Shown piece after piece: positions 1 through 10,232 of a stretch of 64,000 nucleotides of DNA. Origin of the DNA: Phoronis australis. Taxonomy: Eukaryota; Animalia; Phoronida. The stretch spans positions 142,548-206,547 of the forward strand of contig NMRA01000093.1 in assembly GCA_002633005.1 (NCBI GenBank), given 5' to 3'. Made by a program: the position numbers and the translations under genes. The notes under the pieces are model-generated. The model searched no databases and was not told the origin of the DNA. It saw nothing but the letters and a program-made list of their open reading frames with translations. Every line of letters starts with the position of its first letter. Position 1 is the stretch's first letter.

Positions 1-1
1 G

Positions 2-904
2 AGCAAATTTCGACGATCTAATCCCAGTTATCCAATCAAGGGAGTCTTCAGCGGAGCAATGGTTTTATCTGACGCAATCATAGAAAACCAGTCATATGAA
101 AGTTTTTGCAAAGTGCTTAATCCAAAGATACTTGGCACACTAAATCTACACCTTGCGACCCAGAATGACCCTCTCGATTACTTCGTTATGCACTCTTCTG
201 TTGCATCAGCTATTGGAAACCAAGGGCAAACCAATTACGGTGCGGCCAACTCTTTTATGGATTCATTCGCGTTCTATCGCAGAAAACGTGGAAAGCCAGG
301 CCAAACCATTAATTGGGGACCATTGGCTCTGGGTGCATTAGAGGGACGAGATGACCTTATTCGATCGTTCTCCTTAAAAGGTTTGGAGCCACTGAGAACA
401 AACGAAATCCATCATTGTTTAGAGTCCATACTAGTCGCCAATCTTCCTCAAGTTATCGTCTGGAATGCAAATTGGACAAAGATAATAAAGAATGGCAAGT
501 TAACCAAACCGAAATCCTCATCACGATACCGTTGCCGTACGTTTATTGACCCAATACTTCACAAATTGCAAGAAGTCGGCTCTTCCGGAAGCGAGAAGCC
601 CGGGTTTAACGAAGAAGATAAATACTTGCCTCCTTCGGAGAGACTAAAAAAACTCACAGCATTCCTCCAATACACTGTCAGCGAAATTCTGGTTACCAGA
701 GTCAATTCAATTTTAGTAGAGGACAGTCTTCCAAGCCTGGGGATAGATTCAAACTTGGCAGTGGAAGTCAGAATGGTCGTATCTCAAAAAACTGGCTGCA
801 ACCTGTCGGTGATTTCACTTCTAAGTGACGCTGCGTCAGTTAAATCAATAGCCGATGATATCAACGAATTTCTGTCTTCTCCCGAGGAGAGCACTAGGCT
901 TTGA
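2..904 (+). CDS. Type I polyketide synthase, C-terminal part (ketoreductase + ACP), 5'-truncated by window edge
   Basis: Frame open from base 2 (SKFRRSNPSYPIKGVFSGAMVLSD...). KR motifs PKILGTLNLH, DYFVMHSS, GQTNYGAAN, INWG. ACP phosphopantetheine motif LGIDS then LAVEVR. TGA at 902-904 directly after the ACP. Confidence 0.9.
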   Translation, partial: SKFRRSNPSYPIKGVFSGAMVLSDAIIENQSYESFCKVLNPKILGTLNLHLATQNDPLDYFVMHSSVASAIGNQGQTNYGAANSFMDSFAFYRRKRGKPGQTINWGPLALGALEGRDDLIRSFSLKGLEPLRTNEIHHCLESILVANLPQVIVWNANWTKIIKNGKLTKPKSSSRYRCRTFIDPILHKLQEVGSSGSEKPGFNEEDKYLPPSERLKKLTAFLQYTVSEILVTRVNSILVEDSLPSLGIDSNLAVEVRMVVSQKTGCNLSVISLLSDAASVKSIADDINEFLSSPEESTRL

Positions 905-2438
905 ATTCATCGAACTTAAAAACATTGATGAAATAGACCACTTAGGCGGAATTGGCAGAAATTTTTCCTGGAACTCAGAAACAATTTGACACAGGTGTCC
1001 AGATAAAGATGTAGTGAGAGCTGAAAGTTGGTTTTCGTGACACTTTCTTGTATCATCACTGAATTTTACGGGCACTGGTTCTCTTTTAATTAACCCTCAA
1101 TGTACAAAGTATGTCTCTTTCATTGCGGTTGTTTTTGTGAGTTACATCACAGAAAAGCATTTCAGGCATTAATCCGGAATGCGCGGTAAAGAAAAGTTTG
1201 TTTGCTGTCATGTACCTCCGTGTTGACATTTTTCTTTGTCATGGGAGATAGAAGACTTAACTCTTTTAAGTCGTTTAGACGTAACTAGATTTTGACGGGC
1301 GGGAAAGGTACATTTCTGTAGTGACAATCGTATTGGTCATTTATGTGTATGTAATCCCAAATATGAGACCATTCCTTGAATTGCAGCAGATAGTTACTGT
1401 GATTATTTGGTTGCCACATTTTCCCCAATCCAAGTAATCACAGAGCAAAATTTATAGAGGTCTTCCACTTTCAGTACTACACAGTCCGGAAGTGCCAATT
1501 TTATTTAGCACATCTCTGATCTGTTCTGCTCTGCCTTGGGCATAAAGTTCAATGAGTTTTCGTTCTTAATTATAAGTATTACACAAAAAAATTATAAATG
1601 ATGTTGGTTTGTACCCAACTCATTTTGAGACCTGCGCTCTCCTCCCATTGATTTCAACTCCAGACGACAGCGGTTTTAAATCGAGCCTAGTACTTACATC
1701 AATCTACTGCACTGTATAAGCTTTCACGTGCTCTTTGCCCGGTATGAACACTCGCAGGCCGATTACCTACCACGGCTCAGAAAATTAGTTTATTGTTCAT
1801 CACCGGGTACCACAGAACAGAAACCTAACGAACCTATGTTGGCTAATTTTTATATTTCTTCGGGTAAAATGATCTAAACTTAACTTCTTTACGAGAAATT
1901 CAAGTTCTGAAGCCAAAAAGTTAGAAAAATCGTCAGTTTTAATCCACGATATACAAGTGTCATTTTAGCAAGTTCTTTATTCCGATGAAGCTATCGGTGA
2001 CGCGGCAATTGTCTACTCCGCACAACTTAAATCTGATTCCCTGACAGTGATACTTCTTGAAGGCAGGCAGCGGCAATAGTAAAAAGCTATTAGGAAGTAC
2101 ACTTCAAGATGCTGTGAAACAGCCACAGTACTATAATGAAAAAGCCAGTCCGCATATGTTTCAGTCAAAGCCTCGTGTAAACTTTGTTGGTGAAAACTCG
2201 CAGAAAGGGCACGCAAGCAAGGTTTGAGATTATGATTTGATAAGCCATGAGTAAAACGAAGAAAAATCTCGCATCTTTTTGCCCCAACTCAAGTGTGTGT
2301 TTTCTTTTGTGAAAATGTGAGCAACTAAAAATACATACTGCACCACCGATTAGATTTAAAAAACACATACCGGAACCAACTATGTTTTTTGCCACACTCT
2401 TAGTTAAGGATCTTGTAGTAAACAATGTTTTGCCAGTA

Positions 2439-2529
2439 CACTGTGTTATGGACTCTGCTGCATTGTGTACACTGTGTTATAAACTCTGCTGCATTGTGTG
2501 CACTGTGTTATGATATCTGCTGCATTGTC
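2439..2529. repeat. 30-bp minisatellite, ~3 copies
   Basis: Unit approx. TACACTGTGTTATGGACTCTGCTGCATTGT. Confidence 0.85.
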
Positions 2530-2769
2530 ATTGTGCAAAAATACTATTTTACTTGAGCTTGTTATCCTGTAAAATTGAATATATCATGTATACATGTATA
2601 TCTCTACTCCGTAAATGTTTCTTTAAACAAGTTTTACGCCCCAATGTGGGAATGGGTTACACCGTGTTTGTTTCAGTTGCTATTTCATGTAATGTACATA
2701 ATATATGTATTCTTAAAGATTTTCCGCACTTGGTTTTTGAAACTAAATAAACAATACGAAAAATCACGT

Positions 2770-4174
2770 TACAACTATGTGCGCAAAACAAAACTACCAC
2801 TAGGAGGCGCCACAGTAGTCAGTCACCATCATCAAAGGTCGTCTTCACACTGACAACGTATATGCCAATTTTCAAATGATTTGGTTGATACAGGGGTGGA
2901 CGTCAAAAAAAGATTTGAAAACGGCAAAAATGGCCACTATGTGGTGCAAAATACCTCGATCCCATCCAAAGACAGGAAGATAGCGTCATGACACCAATAG
3001 ATGCCTATATTTTAAATTTTATGAAAATCAGTTGAGGGCCTTTGAAGATACAGAGTTAAACTTAAAAAACTAAAATTGCCACTAGGGGGCACAGCAGTAG
3101 TCAGATCTTTCCGAAAGTCGTCGTCATTCGTAGTCAACATCATATAAATACACTCGCTAAATTAAGAAAAGATCCTGCGAACGGTTTAGGAGATACAGCC
3201 ATAGACGCAAAAAAACAAAACTGCCACTAGGAGGCGCCACAGTAGTCAAAATCGTCTGAAAATCATCGTCAACCGTCCTCTGTATAGTAAGAACACACAT
3301 GACAATTTTCACAATCATCCTTTGAGCGGTTTAGTTGGAAGAAAGGTGGAAGCAAAAAACACTCGAAAATAGTAAAAATGGTCACTAGGTGGCGCAAACT
3401 ACGTCGAATCCATCCGAAAAAGGGAGGATACCGTCATCTCACTAATACATGTAGGTGCCTTACATACCAAATTTCATGAAAATCCATTAAGGACTATTGA
3501 AGATACAGAGGTAAACGTAAAAAAATAAAATTGCCACTAGGGGGCATACCAGTAGTCAGATCCGTCCGAAAGTCGTCGTCGTCCGTTGTTAACATCATAT
3601 AAATATACTTACTAGATTTCATAAAGATCCTGCGAACGGTTTAGGAGATGGAGCCATAGGCGCAACAAAAACAAAACTGCCACTAGGAGGCGCTACAGTA
3701 GTCGAAATCGTCGGGAAATCATCGTCAACCGTCTTCTTCACAGTAAACACACACATGCCAATTTTCACAATCATCCTTTGAGCGGTTTGGTTGATAGAGG
3801 GGTGGACGCCAAAAAACAGACTCGAAAACAGTAAAAATGGTCACTAGGTGGCGCAAATTACGTCGAATCCATCCGAAAACAAGGGATAGTTTCATTTCAC
3901 CAATAGATGCCTAAATTACAAATTTTATGAATCTACGTCGAGGACTTCCGAAGATATATAGGTAAGCGTAAACAATTAAAATTGCCACTAGGAGGCACAC
4001 CGGTAGTCGGAGAGGTCCCAAAATCGTCGTCATCCGTCGTCAGCCTCATAGGAATACAACTGCTAAATCTCACCAAGATCCTGTGAGGGGTTTAGGAGAT
4101 ACAGCTGCGTACGCCCGGACAGACAGAGATGGCGGCAATATGCGACCACATAAAAATATGTGGTCGCATAAAAA
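2770..4174 (+). mobile_element. Helentron/HINE-like non-autonomous element with internal ~150-bp tandem array (3-monomer higher-order repeat)
   Basis: Nine monomers with CCACTAG-type cores at 2797, 2934, 3079, 3224, 3382, 3534, 3680, 3841, 3985. GGACAGACAG tract, then a perfect 14-bp hairpin TATGCGACCACATA-aaaa-TATGTGGTCGCATA (4139-4170) and an A-run. Left end uncertain. Confidence 0.65.
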
Positions 4175-4679
4175 TGAACACGACGGCATTCGATATAACA
4201 TACAAGACACTGAGAAACCACTGTGTGTCTATGTTGTCAGCTTGTCGTCGTGCAAGTGGATACGACCATATCAAGCTGGGGACTCAGTTGAGTTACCCTC
4301 TTACGCATGCCCAATTTGAGAAGGTGTCAGACGTAACTTCCGCCCAACTTCCTGAAACGCTTTGAAACCGTGTGTATTTAAACTGGACCAGGAATTGCAA
4401 GCTTGCAGAGGCATTATACATTTTTCGGGAACAATTTTCTAAGTTTTTTTTTTTTGTAAATTTGGTGTGTTTCACTTAGTATATGTTATCGCGAACCTTT
4501 TCTCTAGTGTCGATTTCTAAAAGAACTGAATTAGCAGGTATTAGCTGGTAAGTTTTGCAGTAGACGAAATCCCCAGAATGAAGTGGAAGCCTAACACAGC
4601 CAACAAGGGGTGCCCCAGTAGGTAGTAAAATCCGTCCGAAAATCACTGAACTGATGCCCGCGCATTCCCACCAATACAA

Positions 4680-4992
4680 CATACATGTATGCTTGTGTCA
4701 AGTTCCGGCAAAATTCATTCTTTCGTTTCGCCAACAACTTATTGACAACTGATTTTTAGTCGAAAATTTTAACGGCCAGGAGAGAGTGTCACGGTACTTG
4801 TAACCTTCGGGAAACCGACTTGTACTGACAGTCCAGCCACATAAATCTGTGCCAAATTTCAACCTGACTGTCATGCAATTATCGAGAAAATCGAGGACAA
4901 GCAAAGGTGTCCATGACACTGGACCTACGACATACAGTACATACGGATGCCGACTACATACGATCCCACAATTTATGAGAGCGTATGAAAAT
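4680..4992 (+). mobile_element. Degenerate HINE-like 3' fragment
   Basis: TGTGCCAAATTTCA motif, CATAC-rich tract, terminal CATACG...CGTATG hairpin followed by AAAA. Confidence 0.4.
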
Positions 4993-5386
4993 AGGGGATA
5001 ATTTGAGAAAATGATGATCAGGGGCTAAAACTAGGTCGCCACGGAAACAAAGTGCGTTTTCCAAGAAAGGTTAGTAAAAGAAATTAAACGCCAGAAAAAG
5101 AATGATGTACATGTATTTGGTTTACCTTGATGTAAACAAGGCATGCCTGTCACACTCAAAGTGCCAATAACTTTGTCCAAATATCTGCAGGTTCGCATGT
5201 TCTGAAAAAAGGTAGGGAAAAGATAGGGACTAATTTTACACAAGGAAAGGAGTAGCAACAGTAAGGCATAAAGTAGGTAAAAACAGAGAAGAGCAGTTTG
5301 AATAAGAACAGGAAAAGTACTAGGACCCCACAAGAAAAGTAAGAAAAATTAATAAAAAGTGGGAATGCTTGAAATTCTGAATTAGC

Positions 5387-5553
5387 TAATTGAGATATAC
5401 ATGTATTTACACTTCTGCAGTTCTAAAACTTTTTTACTCAAGGACTTAATTCCACGAAGATGTGTTTTGAAATGAGCGCTGTTCCGTTGGTAATTGAGAT
5501 ATACATGTATTTACACTTCTGCAGTTTTAAAACTTTTTTACTTAAGGACTTAA
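5387..5553. repeat. 104-bp tandem repeat, left part (split by Kolobok-like insertion)
   Basis: TAATTGAGATATACATGTATTTACAC recurs at 5387 and 5491; the unit resumes at 8245. Confidence 0.9.
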
Positions 5554-6642
5554 AGGAGCATGCCACCCAAAAACAACCTAATTTGTATCAATTTAGATCG
5601 AGTAGTTCTACTCCATAACGACACCGAACGGACGGTTGCGTTACCTGACACCTGACGGTAGACGGAGGTGTTGAAATTATCCAATGACGTCATCGGTTTC
5701 ACACGCAGTCTGTTGAGCAGTTCACAACACGGGTTACTGGTGTCAGCTTATCGCTTGAAGTCATCGTTTAACACCAATAAATCATCAAACGTCGATGTAA
5801 AACCCTTAAAAATACACCGAGTTCTTATAAAAACATGTTGTTTTATTTCGCTCTTACGGATTTATTGGTATTTGGACACACCGTAGCCAACAAAGTTCGG
5901 CAGGCCAATAAGGTCCGTAGCAGGAGTTTTGGGTCTGTTCAGAGATAGTTTCGAAGTATTTTCCGTGAGATACAGACAGGAGAACCTAGATTTGTGTTGT
6001 TTAGACTTGTGACTTTTTGAGTTCTAATCACAAAACGATCGTTAGCCTGGCCAGTGGCTCGGAGCCCGACCAGGCCCGTCGCGGACGACCGGATTTCTTC
6101 AGTTGTTGACTGCAGTGATCGGTGATCCCCGCCAGTGGCTCGTACTAAAACTGATCAGACATCAGGAACATAAACCAGCCAAATTTCAGTGGAAACTAAA
6201 CTTCCAGTCAAGAAAATACTATACTAGTGAGCCAAAATAATGTGCACCTGATTATATTGGTGAATTAGCCACGAAACTGCGAATCTACTTACTCGTCGGG
6301 GGCCGCGAATTCAGGTTCCGCTTTGGCCACAGCACCGTCAGGGCAGAAGTACATTGACAGTCATTATTTGAGTAATGTAAATGTAAATAAAGATTCCCCT
6401 AACACCTGGCCGTGGGATGAAAATCGAGTTGTTTCACAACAGTTTCTGCCAGCAAACACTAAATTAGCATGAGCTCACACGGCCATCAAGCGTCAATTAG
6501 TTTTATTGCACCTAAAGTCGGTAACGCAGTGATTTATTCATTGCTGGCTTCTCAAATCATTTGCACTCACGAACACTCCAAAGGCATTACAAATTGCATC
6601 TAATGAGACAGACTTTGTTTCAGTTTTATCTAAGTATTGGTT

Positions 6643-7626
6643 CAGTGGCGGATCTAGGATATCACAAGGGGGTGGCCCAATTTTTTGTTCGGCTGTAAGC
6701 ATTTGCGCAAACCGAACCACGATTGTAGATGCGCATAGCACCGAAGTGGGGGGAGGTCGGGAGGGGAGTTTGCCCCCCTCAAGCCCAAGAAATTTTCCTG
6801 TTTTTACCTCTAAAAATCAAGCATTTTCCTTGATTCCTGAAGACAAAAAAAAAAAACGCAGAACGTGTCGAACAGAAAAAACTGCGAGAACCTAAGACTC
6901 GAACTCACGACCTGGCGGATACAGCGCGCGTGCGTTACCACTACACCACAACTTAACTACTAATCTGTTTCAAAGAAACCTACATATTTATGGTCCACAG
7001 CGTTTGCGCGCGAAACCTACTTCTTTTTGTAATGCTTATTACACGTTTTATATTTTGTGACATCAATTCTTAACAAATTTGTCGTATTTAAAATAGTTCA
7101 AATCCGTTTTTCGTGTTGGCAATAATGACGGGATTGCTTTGGAAATCGTCTTAAGATAAGGTTTGACAAGGAGAGTAGGCCTATTGCGAGTTTCTGAGTG
7201 ATTCACTAAGGCTTCGATTAAAATTCACATCTTACCAGCAGCTTCTGTTTTTTCATCGTCACTCAGGTTCCATTTTCTTTAAAAAATGAAGTAAATTTTC
7301 TTCATTGCACAATGGAGCAGACGAAGGAAACGGAGTCGTAGTGTGCAGCGTCACTGCCGGTCGCCTGGGATATCGCGTGGGAGAGCCTATACTTAGCCAT
7401 AGTTCCGTTACGAATGCGCCGTGTTCCGAATTTGACACTTGAAATTGGATTTGAGCCCCCCCCAACACTAAAACTGCACACATTTAAATCTTTTTTCATC
7501 CGTATAATTTTAATTACCGGGGTTAATTAATAAACTCAACATTTCCATACGCTCTGTTTTATTTTTTTTGCGGCAGCCAAGGGGGGGGGGGGCGGGACCC
7601 CTGGGCCCCCCCTAAATCCGCCTATG
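6643..7626 (+). mobile_element. hAT-like MITE (copy 1) with 5-bp TSD TGGTT and an internal tRNA-like segment
   Basis: TIRs CAGTGGCGGATCTAG / rc CATAGGCGGATTTAG. TGGTT at 6638-6642 and 7627-7631. Homologous inverted copy at 11544-12405. Confidence 0.85.
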
Positions 7627-7682
7627 TGGTTATGGTGAGAATAATTCATTTTGAAACAGAACGCTTAATAATAAACGCCAAC

Positions 7683-7860
7683 ATGGCAACTCGCAATCCC
7701 TACTTTCGGGTCGAGCTAAAGCTCATCAGTCCCAACTTCGCAGGTGGATCGTTAAGTTTTACAGGCTATCAATTCGAACAGGAATACAGTGATGAAGAAA
7801 TACTAGAGAAGCGCCGTGAACAAGCTCAGACAACGGAACGTATGGAGTTATTTGGTAAGC
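7683..7860 (+). pseudogene. Possible N-terminal remnant of the Kolobok accessory (KolX/P2RX7-C-terminal-like) protein
   Basis: MATRNP...GYQFEQEYSDEEILEKRR resembles the YxFEPxYSxEE start of this family (recalled, not searched); converges on the THAP remnant. Confidence 0.35.
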
Positions 7861-8078
7861 CGGCATTCGTCAGGCACTGTCGACGTCTGCAGGCCAAAGA
7901 CACGGAAATGTTTCACGGCCTCATAGTTGCTATTTACAGCGTACTTTTCATTCTTCACTAACATGAGCCACTTCCTAAGCATTTCGGACTCTCGAGGAAG
8001 TAAAAAACGAAATACCCGCTTTCCTCGCTGCTGCTTAGTTCGGACAAGCGGGAACGGTTCACCGCAACATAGCGGCAT
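7848..8078 (-). pseudogene. Degenerate THAP zinc-finger remnant (Kolobok transposase N-terminus)
   Basis: MPLCC...VFRFLLP...LRKWL...KHF...TVP follows the THAP pattern (MPxC, FxFP, W, HF, AVP) with loss of Cys ligands. Confidence 0.55.
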
Positions 8079-8244
8079 TCACTCTGCATATGAACCACTG
8101 ACGTCGGCTAGCGTCGTTTCTCACCTTCCTCACAGGTTAACGCGACACCTCTTGGCAAGATAAGGTCGACCGTATGAGAGGCGATGTGGATACAAACCGA
8201 TTAAGACGGCAAAAAAGACTAATTAAATCGGGTGGCATTCTACT

Positions 8245-8430
8245 TTAATCCCACGAAGATGTGTTTTGAAACGAGCGCTGTTCCGTTGGTAATTGAGATA
8301 TACATGTATTTACACTTCTGCAGTTTTAAAACTTTTTTACTTAAGGACTTAATCCCACGAACATGTGTTTTGAAATAAGCACTGTTCCGTTGGTAATTGA
8401 GATATACATGTATTTACATGTTCCGTTGGT
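8245..8430. repeat. 104-bp tandem repeat, right part
   Basis: TAATTGAGATATACATG at 8290 and 8394. Confidence 0.9.
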
Positions 8431-8493
8431 GTTTTTTCTCCACATTTACCACTACTCCCACAAAACTTGACTTCCAACTAGATTTCATGCTTT

Positions 8494-10040
8494 AACAAGA
8501 GCAACCAAACGCATTGAAACACATACATGGCTGCATGCAAATGGTATGTTTCTAGGGATGTTTATTAGTATTAAAAAGGACACAAGGTGCCATAGAGTAC
8601 GTGGAGTGTGTCCGAAAATGGAAAGGGCTTGTTGTCGTCCTAATAAAAATTTATTTGCAAAATATCATGAAAATCTGTCCAGGAACTTTAAAGATACAGA
8701 GGGCAAATACAAAAATTTGATACTATGAGGAACAGCAATAGTCAGATCCATCCGAAAGATGTCGTCATCTGTTGCAAGTTCATAGCCATGCACTTGTTGG
8801 ATTTTGCAGAAGTTTAGGAATGTGACTAATAGGGGGCGAAACAGTAGATGGACCTGTTCGAAAATCAACATCAGTCATACTGTTGTCAGTACGAAAACTC
8901 AATTTTACAATCCTTTGAACAGTTTAGTGGCCAGAGAGACTGACTCGGAAATAAAAAATGGCACAGAAAATTCAATCCATCTGAAAATAGAAAGGGGTTT
9001 CTTAACAGAAACCAACTTGCCAAATTTCATAAAAGTTTGTGATGGAACAGAGGTAAACGTAAAAAATAATAGTATTAACAAGAGGGGCACAACAGTTGTC
9101 GCCATCTGTTTTCAAATTCATAGAAGAACACTTTGACTTGTCAAATTTCACAAACATCCTGCAAGGGTATAAGAAGATGAAGCCGCTGATGCAAAAAAAA
9201 CAACAAAATTGCCACAAGAGGGCACTGCAATAGTTAAATCTGTCCAAAAATCTAATGTCAGCCATAGCCTTTTCAGCAGGAATACATCTGCCAATTTCCA
9301 TAATGATCCTTGAAACAGATTGGAAGAGAGGCCAACTCAAACACAATAAAGAATGGCAACTAGGTGGTGCAGAATACATCAAATCTATCCATAAATGTCC
9401 TTCATAGAAACCTGCTTGTCAAATTTCATCAAAATCTATCAAAGAACTTGGAAGATACACAAAAGAAATAAAATTGCCACTAGGGGGCACAGCGGTAGTC
9501 AGGTCTGTCTGAAAGTCGTCATCATCTGCAGTCACATTCATAAAAAACACTTCCCTAATTTCATGAAAATCCTCCAAGGGGTTAAGGAGATGCAGCTGTA
9601 CACACAGAAAATGAATTGCCGCTAGGGGGCACCACAAAAGCTGAGCTCACTCAAATATCAATGTCAGCCATAGCCTTTCCAGCAGGAACACATCTAGTAA
9701 TTATCAAAACCATACTGTCAGCATTCTGATGGATAGCAAGGAGGAGGCCAAAAACAGACGCCAAACTAAAAAATGTCACTAAGTGGTGCACACCACATTA
9801 AATTCGCCTGCAAAGGCATAAACATCTCTTTAATAAACACCAAATTTTGGGAAAATCCCTCGTGGACTTATGAAGATAGAGAGGTCAATGTAAAAACATT
9901 GAAACTGCCACTAGGGAGTACAGCAAAAGTTGGATCGGTCCGAAACTCGCTGTCACCTGTTGCCAGCTTCATAGGAACGCAACTATTTTTTAAAATCTCA
10001 TTAAGATCCTGCAAGTGCTTAGAAGATGCAGTAGTGGACA
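8494..10040 (+). mobile_element. Older HINE-like element with the same ~150-bp monomer family
   Basis: Starts AACAAGAG. Monomers share AAATTTCAT-AAAATC, GAAGATACAGAGG and GCCACTAGGGGGCAC motifs (9212, 9477, 9619, 9908). Confidence 0.65.
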
Positions 10041-10116
10041 GAAGAACAACCAAACTGAGATGATGTACCCACATGTGAATTAGAGCACATAAACAGTGGA
10101 ACGATTTAAGCGATAG

Positions 10117-10122
10117 TTTATT
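10117..10122 (-). terminator. Candidate NOP14 polyadenylation signal
   Basis: AATAAA on the - strand 13 nt after the first of two tandem TGA stops. Confidence 0.5.
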
Positions 10123-10135
10123 CAAGAATTCTTCA

Positions 10136-10232
10136 TCATTTCCCCTTTTTTCTCTTCATGGCTTTGAACTCTCCCTCCTGAGTAGATAACATGTGATGAA
10201 TTTCTTGCACTTTGCGGTTTCTCTCAGCATCC
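10136..10232 (-). CDS. NOP14: NOP14 last coding exon
   Basis: ttttccag|G DAERNRKVQEIHHMLSTQEGEFKAMKRKKGK stop. Confidence 0.92.

Larger units (their letters stand above)
5554..8244. mobile_element. Kolobok-like DNA transposon, internally deleted, with a nested MITE
   Basis: TTAA TSD (5550-5553, 8245-8248). 15-bp TIRs AGGAGCATGCCACCC / rc AGTAGAATGCCACCC. Removing it restores the repeat unit GGACTTAATCCCACGAA. THAP-like remnant inside. Confidence 0.8.

Noticed and set aside
2-904. Bacterial contaminant or recent horizontal transfer of the PKS
   Set aside because: Contiguous with host repeats and intron-rich genes, similar base composition; a long terminal exon alone is not evidence of transfer.
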